Assembly (NCBI GenBank): GCA_016719465.1
Contig: JADJYY010000019.1
Coordinates: 5,136 to 69,135, forward strand
Reading direction: 5' to 3'
Length of the DNA stretch: 64,000 bases
Source of the DNA: Hydrogenophilales bacterium
GTDB taxonomy: Bacteria; Pseudomonadota; Gammaproteobacteria; Burkholderiales; Thiobacillaceae
This document shows, piece after piece, positions 7,826 to 16,330 of the stretch; positions within the stretch are counted from its first letter, which is position 1; each line of letters begins with the position of its first letter. The translations under genes and the position numbers were made by a program. Under the pieces are notes generated by a model. That model was not told the DNA's origin, did no database searches, and saw only the letters and a program-made list of their open reading frames with translations.

Positions 7826-8947
7826 TCATTGCTCCAACAACTCAACTCCATAGGCCACGCAGGGGTCCAGGGACTGGGACACCAGCCTGGCCGCCGACTC
7901 CAGGCCGGCACCGGCACCCAGGCCGGACAGGGCCTGGGCCAGGGGGCCGGCGGGGTGAAAATTCCATTCCGTGGGCGCGACGATGCGGTACTCCGCGATC
8001 TTGCCGTCCTTCAGCCGCGCCACGTGAAGCAACAGGCCGCGGGAGGTTTCCACGCCGGCCATGCCGGCATTTTCCTCCAAGGGCCAGGCGCGGACCACCT
8101 CCCGGACCACCCCTGAGCGGCCGGCCGAGTCCGGCTCGGCGCGCAGGCGTTGCGGCAGCTCGGCCAGTTCCAGCAGGCGCGCCAGCAGCCGGGCGCCGGC
8201 GCCGCGACCGCGCCGGGCGATCCAGGCGGCCAGCATGGGGTGATCCGCCATGCGGGCCAGGGCGCCGGTTTCGGCGGGGGCGCCATGCCACAGGGGCGCG
8301 GCGCAGAAGGCGGGGTCGGCCAGGGCGCGCCGGGCCAGATCGGCGGCCGGGCCCGCGTCCAGTTTGGCGAGGGGCGGCAGCAGCGCACAACGGCTGACGC
8401 CCGGGTCCGGCCCGTCGCCCATGTCGGCGAACAGTTTCGCCACCAGGCTGCGGCCATCCCGGCGCCAGATGTCGAAGCCGGCCAGGTCCCGGGCCAGCCA
8501 TTGGCCGGGCGACTCGCCCAGCAGGACGGCGCCCAGCAGGTTTTCCAGGACGTCGGCGAAAGCAAGCGGGTCTTCGGCCTTCTGGCGCAGGAGCAGCAGG
8601 CTGGGCATATCCGCTCCGCGCCCGGACTGTTCCGGCCAGTTGAGCAGCAGGCGCCAGGCGTGTTCCTGGGCCAGTTCCACCAGCACGCCGCGTTCGCGCC
8701 ACCGCTGGGCATCGCGGCCGGGAATCAGGCCCCGCGCGGCTTCGCAGGCGGCCTGGGCGGCGACCTTCTGGGCCTTGCCGCACAGGCTGAAGATCAGGCC
8801 GGCCAGGTCGGCGGCCTCTTCCGGCCCGCGTCCGGCCATGAGTTTCTGGGCGAGCTGGGGTCGGGAGGAACGAATCTCCACGTCGGTCACGGCATCCCCA
8901 TGCCGGGTCAGACGGATGTCGATGCGGCCTTCCAGGCTGGAACTCAA
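7826..8947 (-). CDS. hupK: HupK/HoxV-type hydrogenase assembly scaffold (large-subunit-like)
   Basis: 373-aa ORF. The C-terminus SLDPCVAYGVEL resembles the large-subunit DPCxxC motif with one Cys lost. It sits between hupJ and hypA, as in known hup/hox clusters. Confidence 0.75.
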   Translation of the reverse strand: MSSSLEGRIDIRLTRHGDAVTDVEIRSSRPQLAQKLMAGRGPEEAADLAGLIFSLCGKAQKVAAQAACEAARGLIPGRDAQRWRERGVLVELAQEHAWRLLLNWPEQSGRGADMPSLLLLRQKAEDPLAFADVLENLLGAVLLGESPGQWLARDLAGFDIWRRDGRSLVAKLFADMGDGPDPGVSRCALLPPLAKLDAGPAADLARRALADPAFCAAPLWHGAPAETGALARMADHPMLAAWIARRGRGAGARLLARLLELAELPQRLRAEPDSAGRSGVVREVVRAWPLEENAGMAGVETSRGLLLHVARLKDGKIAEYRIVAPTEWNFHPAGPLAQALSGLGAGAGLESAARLVSQSLDPCVAYGVELLEQ

Positions 8948-9513
8948 GACTTATCCCCGGGACGCAGGAAGGCGCCGAAGAAGCCGCGCCGGCTGACGGG
9001 TTGATCCAGCTTGGCGGTGAGCCCCACCGGTGGGGGAGCGGGAGGGGAAGCGGCCGGCGCCGCTGCCGGCTCGGCGGGCGTGAACATTTCCGCCAGGGCC
9101 GCCGCCGCCACTTCCCGGGCGCGGTCCATGTCCGGGAACTCGAACATGGGCGAGAACAGGGAGCTGGTCAGATAGGCGCCCAGTTCGTCTTCGTGGGCGG
9201 TGAGGAATTCGTAGCTGCCCGAGGGCAGTTCCACGTCCCGCTTGCTGCCGCTGGACTCGGGTTCCCAGACGGAGGCCGGGCCGGGCAGGCAGATCAGGCT
9301 CATGAACCAGGGCGTGACGAGGACGCCGACCCAGTCGTCGCGCCAGGGCCGGAAACCCACGGCTTCCACGTCCAGGGCCGGATTGAGGATGGAAACACCG
9401 GCCATGCGCGTGGCGGCGATATGGCGAAAGACCGCCTCAAGGGCGGCGGCCGGGTTCTCTCCCCTTTCATAAAGGGGGGCTGGGGGGGATTTGACGACGG
9501 TGGTCATAGCCAT
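8944..9513 (-). CDS. hupJ: HybE/HupJ/HoxT-family [NiFe]-hydrogenase assembly chaperone
   Basis: 189-aa ORF with core ...NPALDVEAVGFRPWRDDWVGVLVTPWFMSL... Its position follows the rubredoxin gene. The N-terminal ~20 codons lie in a family-A half element, so the exact start is uncertain. Confidence 0.7.
   Translation of the reverse strand: MAMTTVVKSPPAPLYERGENPAAALEAVFRHIAATRMAGVSILNPALDVEAVGFRPWRDDWVGVLVTPWFMSLICLPGPASVWEPESSGSKRDVELPSGSYEFLTAHEDELGAYLTSSLFSPMFEFPDMDRAREVAAAALAEMFTPAEPAAAPAASPPAPPPVGLTAKLDQPVSRRGFFGAFLRPGDKS
9458..9493. repeat. Family-A half element (right module) inside hupJ 5' coding region
   Basis: ctctcccctttcataaaggggggctgggggggatttg. Confidence 0.65.
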
Positions 9514-9521
9514 GCCATGCG

Positions 9522-9575
9522 GAAATCCCCCCTCCCCCCTTTATCCCCGCACGGGGGCTTTAGGAAAGGGGGGAA
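9522..9575. repeat. Family-A half element (left module) immediately upstream of hupJ start
   Basis: gaaatcccccctcccccctttatccccgcacgggggctttaggaaagggggg. Confidence 0.65.
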
Positions 9576-9591
9576 AAAGACGGGTCGCGCG

Positions 9592-9807
9592 CTAATCATC
9601 CAGCACCATGAATTGTTCCCGGGCGCCGTCGCAGTTGGGGCAGCGCCAATGGGGTGGCAGGTCCGCGAAGGGCGTGCCGGGGGGAACCTGCCAGACCGGA
9701 TCGCCGACCGCCGGGTCGTAGACGTGCCAGCAGATCTTGCATTCCAGCCGGGCGTCCGGCGGCAAGCGGCTGGCGTCGCCCAGGAAGGAGCCTTCGAAGG
9801 TGGTCAT
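9592..9807 (-). CDS. hupI: Rubredoxin-type hydrogenase accessory protein HupI/HoxR
   Basis: 71 aa from the internal ATG: MTTFEGSF...CKICWHVYDP...WRCPNCD, which gives two CxxC rubredoxin knuckles. The upstream part of the 182-aa ORF-track frame is non-coding spacer. Confidence 0.9.
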   Translation of the reverse strand: MTTFEGSFLGDASRLPPDARLECKICWHVYDPAVGDPVWQVPPGTPFADLPPHWRCPNCDGAREQFMVLDD

Positions 9808-9866
9808 GGCGGGAATCACTGAACCTGTTTGCACTGCAACATAATGGCCCTCGACACCCGGTTTTG

Positions 9867-9907
9867 TCTCCCCCTTTGTGAGTGGGGGAACAGACGGGGG
9901 GAACTCC
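9867..9907. repeat. Degenerate family-A module
   Basis: tctccccctttgtgagtgggggaacagacggggggaactcc, compared with the consensus ctcccccctttgtaaaggggggctgggggggatttc. Confidence 0.4.
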
Positions 9908-9911
9908 GGTA

Positions 9912-10763
9912 TCAGCCTATCCACTCCAGGACTTCGGTCAGCCGTTCGGCGCTGTCTTCCAGGTCCTCGGCGGCGGCCCGGGCCACCTCGGGCACATCGG
10001 TGACCTCCAGGGTGTTGAGGATGAGGGCATCCTGGGAGTTGAAGAACTGCACCCACCAGACCCGATTGATGCCGGTGGCGGTGATGCGGCAGTTGCCGTA
10101 GCCCCGGGACAGCAGGGTGACCCGGCCCCGGCCCAGGCACTGGTCCAGCCAGGCGGCATCCTCGGGACTGAAGGGCAGCAGGGACAGGTTGATGACGTGG
10201 GTGGCGGCGCTGGGGCGGGCGACCTGCTCGGCGATCTCCGCCACCAGGGCCGGCGCGTTGACCACGCCGGGGGCAAGCTCAACCCGCAAGGGGGCCGCCA
10301 ATCCGTCCTGGCCGGCCAGGCGTACGGCGGCAGGCACATCGCCCACCTCCACCCGGTCGGCGAAGGCGTGGCCTTCCAGGTCCCGGCCGCGTAGGCGCCA
10401 GACGCCGGCGAACACGCTTTCCTGGATAAACAGGGTGCCGGATTCCCCGGTCACCTGGGCGCCCACCTCCCCTTCGCCAAGGACCTGGTCGATCAGGGTG
10501 CGGTCGGCTTCGCTCAAACCGCTCATGTCCAGGCTCACCATGCCCTGACCGGCGCGCCAGTTCTTCACCGCGTCGAGCAGGCGCCCCAGCCAGACGCGGA
10601 CATCGGTGCGCTCGCGCACGTCTTCCGGCTCCGGCAGGATCGGCGGCCGGTAGGTGCGCATGTCGTGGGGCATGGGCAGGTAGTCCAGGGTTTCGTCTTC
10701 CTGCTGGGAGCCGGGACCACGGGTTTCTCCAAATGCAACAACCGGGATGGGGAAAGCATGCAT
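9912..10763 (-). CDS. hupH: HupH/HoxQ (HyaF-like) hydrogenase expression/formation protein
   Basis: 283-aa ORF MHAFPIPVVAFGE... The call rests on its position between hupG and hupI and on family resemblance recalled from memory. Confidence 0.8.
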   Translation of the reverse strand: MHAFPIPVVAFGETRGPGSQQEDETLDYLPMPHDMRTYRPPILPEPEDVRERTDVRVWLGRLLDAVKNWRAGQGMVSLDMSGLSEADRTLIDQVLGEGEVGAQVTGESGTLFIQESVFAGVWRLRGRDLEGHAFADRVEVGDVPAAVRLAGQDGLAAPLRVELAPGVVNAPALVAEIAEQVARPSAATHVINLSLLPFSPEDAAWLDQCLGRGRVTLLSRGYGNCRITATGINRVWWVQFFNSQDALILNTLEVTDVPEVARAAAEDLEDSAERLTEVLEWIG

Positions 10764-10773
10764 GGCGTGATCC

Positions 10774-11223
10774 TCAGTGGCAGGTGTGAGAGGCGGAGGC
10801 GGAACTGACCGGGATGCCGATGGAGGGCGGCCGGTGCGCGGGAGCGGCCAGCAATTCGTTGATGCGGCCCAGGTAGACGGACCAGTCCTGGATGCCGGAA
10901 ATCACACCCACGTAAGCGCCGCCGCGCAGAAACACCAGGGTGGGCCAGCGGTTGAAGCCGTAGCGGGCCTGCATGGCGGGTTCCAGCTCGCTTGCGGCGA
11001 TACCCGCCCGGAAGCGTCCGGGAAAGGCGCGCAGGATTTCCGGCAGCACCACGGCCACGTCCAGGCATTCCGGGTACTGGACCGGGTCGCCGGCGCAGAA
11101 CAGGACGGCATCGCCGGGCGCGGCGTTCCAGGTTTCCAGGTTGCCGGCATCGAGCTGGGGATAGCCGAATTCATCAATGAGTCGGGCGATCAGGGGATGG
11201 ATGGGGGGCTGGTGCGGGGTCAT
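10774..11223 (-). CDS. hupG: HupG/HoxO (HyaE-like, thioredoxin-fold) hydrogenase chaperone
   Basis: 149 aa from the internal ATG (MTPHQPPIHPLIARLIDEFGYPQL...WPTLVFLRGG). The ATG overlaps the hupF stop (ATGA-type junction). Confidence 0.75.
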   Translation of the reverse strand: MTPHQPPIHPLIARLIDEFGYPQLDAGNLETWNAAPGDAVLFCAGDPVQYPECLDVAVVLPEILRAFPGRFRAGIAASELEPAMQARYGFNRWPTLVFLRGGAYVGVISGIQDWSVYLGRINELLAAPAHRPPSIGIPVSSASASHTCH

Positions 11224-11525
11224 GGCGTGATTCCTCTCAGGTGAGGGGGCAATTCGGGGGTGCGCTCGAACAGGTCGGCGAAATGGGCGGAGAGGTCGGT
11301 CTCGCCGGCCATGACGGCTTCCAGCCCGTCCAGGGCGGCATTGATGCGGGCGGCGGATTCGGCGTCGATGATTTCCCGAGCGGCGTCGATGAAGCAGAGC
11401 AGCCAGGTGCCCGGCGCCTGTTCGCCCACCAGGGCCAAGTCGATCCGGCGCTGGCCGCCGCGTCCGTGGCAGAGGGCGACGTAGCCGTTGGACTCGATGA
11501 CCTGCATGGGGAGGCCTAGGCACAT
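11220..11525 (-). CDS. hupF: HypC-family chaperone HupF/HoxL
   Basis: 101-aa ORF starting MCLGLPMQVIE (the Met-Cys start of the HypC family). Confidence 0.85.
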   Translation of the reverse strand: MCLGLPMQVIESNGYVALCHGRGGQRRIDLALVGEQAPGTWLLCFIDAAREIIDAESAARINAALDGLEAVMAGETDLSAHFADLFERTPELPPHLRGITP

Positions 11526-11547
11526 GGCGCGGGACTCCTGGCCGGGT

Positions 11548-11665
11548 TAAATCCCTCCTGTCCTCCTTTATCCCCGCATGGGGGCTTTACATAAGGGAGG
11601 GACCCTTCGGCATGGGGTGACGGGTGTTCTCCCCCCTTTCCTAAAGGGGGGTTGGGGGGGATTTC
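11548..11665. repeat. Family-A element, tandem copy 1 (hupD-hupF spacer)
   Basis: TAAATCCCTCCTGTCCTCCTTTATCCCCGCATGGGGGC...GGGGGGTTGGGGGGGATTTC. Confidence 0.8.
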
Positions 11666-11692
11666 GACGGTAGTGGCATGGCAGGCGTCGCT

Positions 11693-11809
11693 AAATCCCT
11701 CCTGTCCTCCCTTTACAAAAGGGAGGGACCTTTCGGCACAGGTTAATGGGTGTTCTCCCCCCTTTTCTAAAGCCCCCATGCGGGGATAAAGGGGGCGAGG
11801 GGGGATTTC
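11693..11809. repeat. Family-A element, tandem copy 2, inverted internal orientation
   Basis: AAATCCCTCCTGTCCTCCCTTTACAAAAGGGAGG...CATGCGGGGATAAAGGGGGCGAGGGGGGATTTC. Confidence 0.8.
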
Positions 11810-11820
11810 AACAACGCCCA

Positions 11821-12453
11821 TCATCCCGCCACCTCCAGAAACCGCCCATCCCCCATCCGGCAAGCCATCTCGGCGCTGGGCCGCTGGCCTTCGTAGAGGC
11901 CCATCTCCAGGCTGTCCAGGGTGATGCGTTCCGACCCATCGGGCGGCGAGGCGCGGCGCTCGGGCCTGGCCAGCCAGCCGTAGAGGGTGTCCAGGGCGAT
12001 ATCCAACGCGTCCGGCAGACGCGCCTTCACCGTAGCCGAGATGCTGCCGCCGTAGTCGTCCAGGGTTTCCGGCTGGCAGCCGATCAGGGTCACGCTTTCA
12101 GGATGCCAGCCGCGCAGCCTGGCCACGGACAGCACTTCCTGGAAGCCGGTCTGGTGCAGGCTCATCTTCTTGACGCCCATGAAGGCCGGCACCTCCTCGT
12201 CCCGCACCACCTTGAGGCTGCCGGGGGCGAGGCCGTAATCCACCGCGTCCAGGATCAGCAGCTTGCGGCAGCCTTCCACGTAGGGCAGCAGGTAGAGGCC
12301 CTGGGTGCCGCCGTCCAGCAGGCGCACGCCGGCGCGGAAGCGCCAGTCGGCGTGCAACCGCTCCAGGGCGCGGATGCCGAAGCCCTCATCGGCCCAGAGC
12401 AGGTTGCCGATGCCCAGCACCAGGATGTCACAGCGGTAGTCCAGGCCATTCAT
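11821..12453 (-). CDS. hupD: Hydrogenase maturation endopeptidase HupD/HoxM
   Basis: 210-aa ORF MNGLDYRCDILVLGIGNLLWADEGFG, the HyaD/HybD protease signature. Confidence 0.92.
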   Translation of the reverse strand: MNGLDYRCDILVLGIGNLLWADEGFGIRALERLHADWRFRAGVRLLDGGTQGLYLLPYVEGCRKLLILDAVDYGLAPGSLKVVRDEEVPAFMGVKKMSLHQTGFQEVLSVARLRGWHPESVTLIGCQPETLDDYGGSISATVKARLPDALDIALDTLYGWLARPERRASPPDGSERITLDSLEMGLYEGQRPSAEMACRMGDGRFLEVAG

Positions 12454-13166
12454 GGCTTGTCATCCTTGAACATGCGCCAGCCGGACAGCATGGTGGACAC
12501 CAGGCTCTGGCGCGACATGATGTCTTCCCGGATGGCGGCGTAGATGTGCAGCAGCACGAACAGCACCATCACCCACAGGCCCACGTGGTGCCAGGTGTGC
12601 ACGTCCTGGCTCTGGCCGAACAGGGGAATGACCCAGGAGGTGAACAGGGTGTGGGACCAACTGCCTTCCTGGGCACCTTCGCCGTATAGCGCGAAGCCGG
12701 TGACCATCATGAACACCACGGTGGTGAGGAACAGGGTGAACATGGAAAACTGGGCCAGGGGGTTGTGGCCCACGTACTTCTTCGGGTCCCGCTCCAGGAA
12801 CAGGTACCAGCGCAGCTCGAACAGTACTTCCTTCCACCAGGTGCCGTTGAAGATGGGCAGCACGAACAACTGGCGGGCGTGGTGGTTGCCGACGAAGGCC
12901 CAGTAGACGCGGCCCAGGAAGCCGATCAGCAGGACATAGCCGGCGGCGAAGTGGGCGAAGCGGATGTAGCCCATGAGGAAGTTCTCGCTGGCCTCGCCGG
13001 GCTGGCTGGGCAGCGGGCTGGCGATGAACCAGCCGGTGATGGCCAGCACGGTGATGGCCAGGGCGTTGACCCAGTGCCACAGCCGGACCGGCGCTTCGTA
13101 AACGTAGACCGCCTTGACCGCGCGCCCGTGGGCCGCGGCTTCCTGCATGTCTTGTGCTGAGAGCAT
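12450..13166 (-). CDS. hupC: Ni/Fe-hydrogenase b-type cytochrome subunit HupC/HoxZ
   Basis: 238-aa ORF, multi-TM, VRLWHWVNALAITVL motif. It lies directly downstream of the large subunit. Confidence 0.92.
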   Translation of the reverse strand: MLSAQDMQEAAAHGRAVKAVYVYEAPVRLWHWVNALAITVLAITGWFIASPLPSQPGEASENFLMGYIRFAHFAAGYVLLIGFLGRVYWAFVGNHHARQLFVLPIFNGTWWKEVLFELRWYLFLERDPKKYVGHNPLAQFSMFTLFLTTVVFMMVTGFALYGEGAQEGSWSHTLFTSWVIPLFGQSQDVHTWHHVGLWVMVLFVLLHIYAAIREDIMSRQSLVSTMLSGWRMFKDDKP

Positions 13167-13209
13167 GTGTTTCTCCTGGTTAGACGGAGGTGGTCAAGCC
13201 ACGCGGGGA

Positions 13210-13311
13210 GAAATCCCCCCTGCCCCCCCTTTGCAAAGGGGGGAACCTTCCCGCATGGGGATACGCGGATTTGCTCCCCCCTTTCTCGAAGGGGGGCCGG
13301 GGGGGGATTTG
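13210..13311. repeat. Family-A element (hupL-hupC spacer)
   Basis: GAAATCCCCCCTGCCCCCCCTTTGCAAAGGGGGG...CTCGAAGGGGGGCCGGGGGGGGATTT. Confidence 0.75.
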
Positions 13312-13349
13312 CCGCGTTTGGCTCAAGCACCACCGCATGGCAAGCCCGC

Positions 13350-15159
13350 TCACCGTACCCGCACCTTGGTCAACTCCAGCCCCGTCCGGCGCCATGACGT
13401 GGGTCGAACACGCCAGGCAGGGATCGAAGCTGTGCAAGGTGCGCAGGATCTCCAGAGGCTGGTCGGCCTTGGCCACCGGGGTGTTCATCAGGCTGGCCTC
13501 GAAGGCGCCGATCTGGCCCTTGGAATCGCGCGGGCTGCCGTTCCAGGTGGTGGGCACCACGCACTGGTAGTTGTCGATGCGCGTGTCCTTGATCCTGATC
13601 CAGTGGCCCAGGGCGCCGCGCGGCGCCTCGGTGAAGCCGACGCCCTTGGTTTCCTTGGGCCAGGTGGCGGGTTCCCACTTGTCGATGTTGGCCGTGGACA
13701 GGTCGCCGGCCTTCAGGTTGGCCATGAGCTTGTCCTGGAAGTAGCGCATCTTGTGGGCGGCCCAGGAGGCCTCCAGGCCGCGGGCGGCGGTGCGGCCCAG
13801 GGTGGAGAACAGGGCGGTGAGCGGCAGGTCCAGTTTCTTCAACACCATGTCCACCGGCTCCTTGAACTCGGGCTTGTTCTGCACGTAGCCGATGATGTAG
13901 CGGGCCAGGGGGCCCACTTCCATGGCGTGGCCGCGCCAACGGGGGGCCTTGATCCACGAGTACTTGCCGCCCTCGTCGATCTGCTCGATGTTGGTACTGG
14001 TGCCCTTGGCGTTCTTGCCCAGTTCGTAATGGGGCGCGGTTTCGCCGTCCCAGGGGTGCAGGCCCTTCCCGGCGTTGTTGCCCCCCTCGTACTTGAACCA
14101 GGAGTGGTCCACGAATTCCTGCACCTGGTTCGGGTCGCGCAAATCCACTTCATGGACCTTGCTCAGGTCGCCATTGATGATGGCCCCGCGCGGCAGCATG
14201 AGGTTGGCCGCCGAGTAGTCGTTGGCCTTGTCCGGGATGTCGCCGTAGGACAGCACGCTCCTGGAGGACAGGCCGCCGCCATGGGTCCAGTCCTTGTAGA
14301 AGGAGGCAATGGCCAGCAGGTCCGGGATGTAGACCTGGTCGATGAACTCGATGGTGCGGTCGATGATGTAGGACACCAGGTTCAGGCGTTCCATGTTGAT
14401 CGCGCCGACCGCGCCGGTGTCATGCACGTTGATGGCGCACGGCACGCCGCCCACCAGCCAGTTCGGATGCGGGTTCTTGCCGCCGTAGATGGTGTGGATC
14501 TTGACGATGTCCTTCTGGAAATCCAGGGCCTCCAGGTAGTGGGTCACCGCCATCAGGTTGGCCTCCGGCGGCAGCTTGTAGGCCGGGTTGCCCCAGTAGC
14601 CGTTCATGAAGGGGCCCAACTGACCGGATTCGACGAACTTCTTCAGCCGGTTCTGGATGTCGCGGAAATAGCCCGGTGACGACAGCGGCCAGGACGAGAT
14701 GCTCTGCGCCAGTTCCGAGGTCTTCTTCGGATCGGCCTTCAGCGCCGAGACCACGTCCACCCAGTCCAGGGCGTGCAGGTGATAGAAGTGCACCAGGTGG
14801 TCGTGGGCCTGGAGGGTCAACTGCATGATGTTGCGGATGCTGTTGGCGTTCTCCGGAATCTTGATGGCCAGGGCGTCTTCCACGGCCCGCACGCTGGTGA
14901 GGGCGTGGGTGCCGGTACAGACGCCGCAGATGCGCTCCGTGAAGGCCCAGGCGTCGCGCGGATCGCGGCCCTTGAGGATGACCTCCAGGCCACGCCACAT
15001 GGTGCCGGTGGAGACCGCGTTGCGGATCACGTTGTTGGCATCCAGGTTCACTTCCACCCGCATGTGGCCCTCGATGCGGGTCACCGGGTCCACCACCACG
15101 CGCTTGCCGGAGTTGTCGAGCTTGAAGCCCTGCGTTTCGTATGCGCCCATGTCGCTCAC
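13350..15159 (-). CDS. hupL: [NiFe]-hydrogenase large subunit HupL/HoxG, with an apparent +1-nt frame disruption in the C-terminal extension
   Basis: N-terminal RIEGHMRV and [10 protein letters not shown] motifs; C-terminal [10 protein letters not shown] motif. The conserved tail ELTKVRVR-stop (stop at 13350-13352) is out of frame by one nt from ~13377. The uninterrupted frame instead reads on to 13180. Confidence 0.9.
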
Positions 15160-16241
15160 CCTTGCTTGTCGTTACTGTCGGATTGCTTGGAACGGCTCTG
15201 CTTGATGGCGCTGACCGCCGCGTGGGCCACCACGGCGGCGCCCACCACCCCCACCACCGCGCCGCCCACCTGGTCGGCGCTGGATTCCACGCCGAACTGC
15301 TGGATGCCGGTGACCCGGTCGTAGAAGCCGCCCTTGTCCCAGAAGCCGTCCTCGGAACAGCCGATGCAGCCATGGCCGGACTGGATGGGGAAGGACACGC
15401 CGCCGTTCCAGCGCACGGTGGAACAGGCGTTGTAGGTGGTGGGCCCCTTGCAGCCCATCTTGTAGAGGCAGTAGCCCTTGCGCGAACCCTCGTCGTCCCA
15501 GGCTTCGGCGAACTGGCCGGCGTCGAAGTGGGGACGGCGGTAGCACTTATCGTGGATGCGCTGGCCGTAGAACATCTTCGGCCGGCCCTGGCGGTCCAGT
15601 TCCGGGATGCGGTCGAAGGTCAGCATGTAGGTGATGACCCCGGTCATCACCTCGGCGATGGGCGGGCAACCCGGCACCTTGATGATGGGCTTATCAAAGA
15701 TGACCTTGTGCACCGGCGTCGCCTGGGTGGGGTTGGGCTTGGCCGCCTGGACGCAGCCCCAGGAGGCGCAGGAACCCCAGGAGATGATCGCCTTGCAATC
15801 CTTGGCCACGTGCTTCAACTGCTCCAGGAAGGGCTTGCCGCCGATGATGCAGGACATGCCTTCCTGGTTCAGGGGCGGGTTGCCCTCCACCGCCAGGATG
15901 TAGTTGCCCTTGTACCTGGTCATCACCTCGTCGAGGATGGCCTCGGCCTGGTGGCCGGCGGCGGTCATGATGGTGTCGTCATAGTCCAGGGAAATCATGG
16001 ACAGCACCGCGTCCTTGGCCAGGGGATGGCCGGAACGGATGAAGGACTCGGAGCAGCAGGTGCACTCCAGGCCATGCAGCCACAGCACCGGGGTGCGCGG
16101 CTTGGTCTCCATGGCGTGGGCGATTTTCGGCACGAACGCCGGCCCCAGGCCCAGGGAGGCGGCGGTCAGGCTGCAATATTTGAGGAAGCTGCGGCGGGTG
16201 ATGCCCTGCCGCCGCATCACCTCGTAGAAGGTCTCCACCAT
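15156..16241 (-). CDS. hupS: [NiFe]-hydrogenase small subunit HupS/HoxK (Tat signal, O2-tolerant-type cysteine pattern)
   Basis: 361-aa ORF with these parts:
- a twin-arginine signal RRSFLKYC
- [11 protein letters not shown] and [12 protein letters not shown] motifs
- a C-terminal hydrophobic anchor. Confidence 0.95.
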   Translation of the reverse strand: MVETFYEVMRRQGITRRSFLKYCSLTAASLGLGPAFVPKIAHAMETKPRTPVLWLHGLECTCCSESFIRSGHPLAKDAVLSMISLDYDDTIMTAAGHQAEAILDEVMTRYKGNYILAVEGNPPLNQEGMSCIIGGKPFLEQLKHVAKDCKAIISWGSCASWGCVQAAKPNPTQATPVHKVIFDKPIIKVPGCPPIAEVMTGVITYMLTFDRIPELDRQGRPKMFYGQRIHDKCYRRPHFDAGQFAEAWDDEGSRKGYCLYKMGCKGPTTYNACSTVRWNGGVSFPIQSGHGCIGCSEDGFWDKGGFYDRVTGIQQFGVESSADQVGGAVVGVVGAAVVAHAAVSAIKQSRSKQSDSNDKQG

Positions 16242-16314
16242 GGGCTCGGTCTCCTGTCGGTCGGATTGAAGGCATTCCCGGCCCGGGGATCAGGGGGGAA
16301 TGGCAATCCTGTTT

Positions 16315-16330
16315 AACAAGAACCGTGCCA
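16315..16330 (-). promoter_or_regulatory. Candidate sigma54 (-24/-12) promoter for hupS
   Basis: The minus strand reads TGGCAC-GGTTC-TTGTT, against the consensus TGGCAC-N5-TTGCW. The conserved -12 GC is GT here. The site is ~75-90 nt upstream of the hupS ATG and is followed by an AT-rich tract (~16340-16460). Confidence 0.35.
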
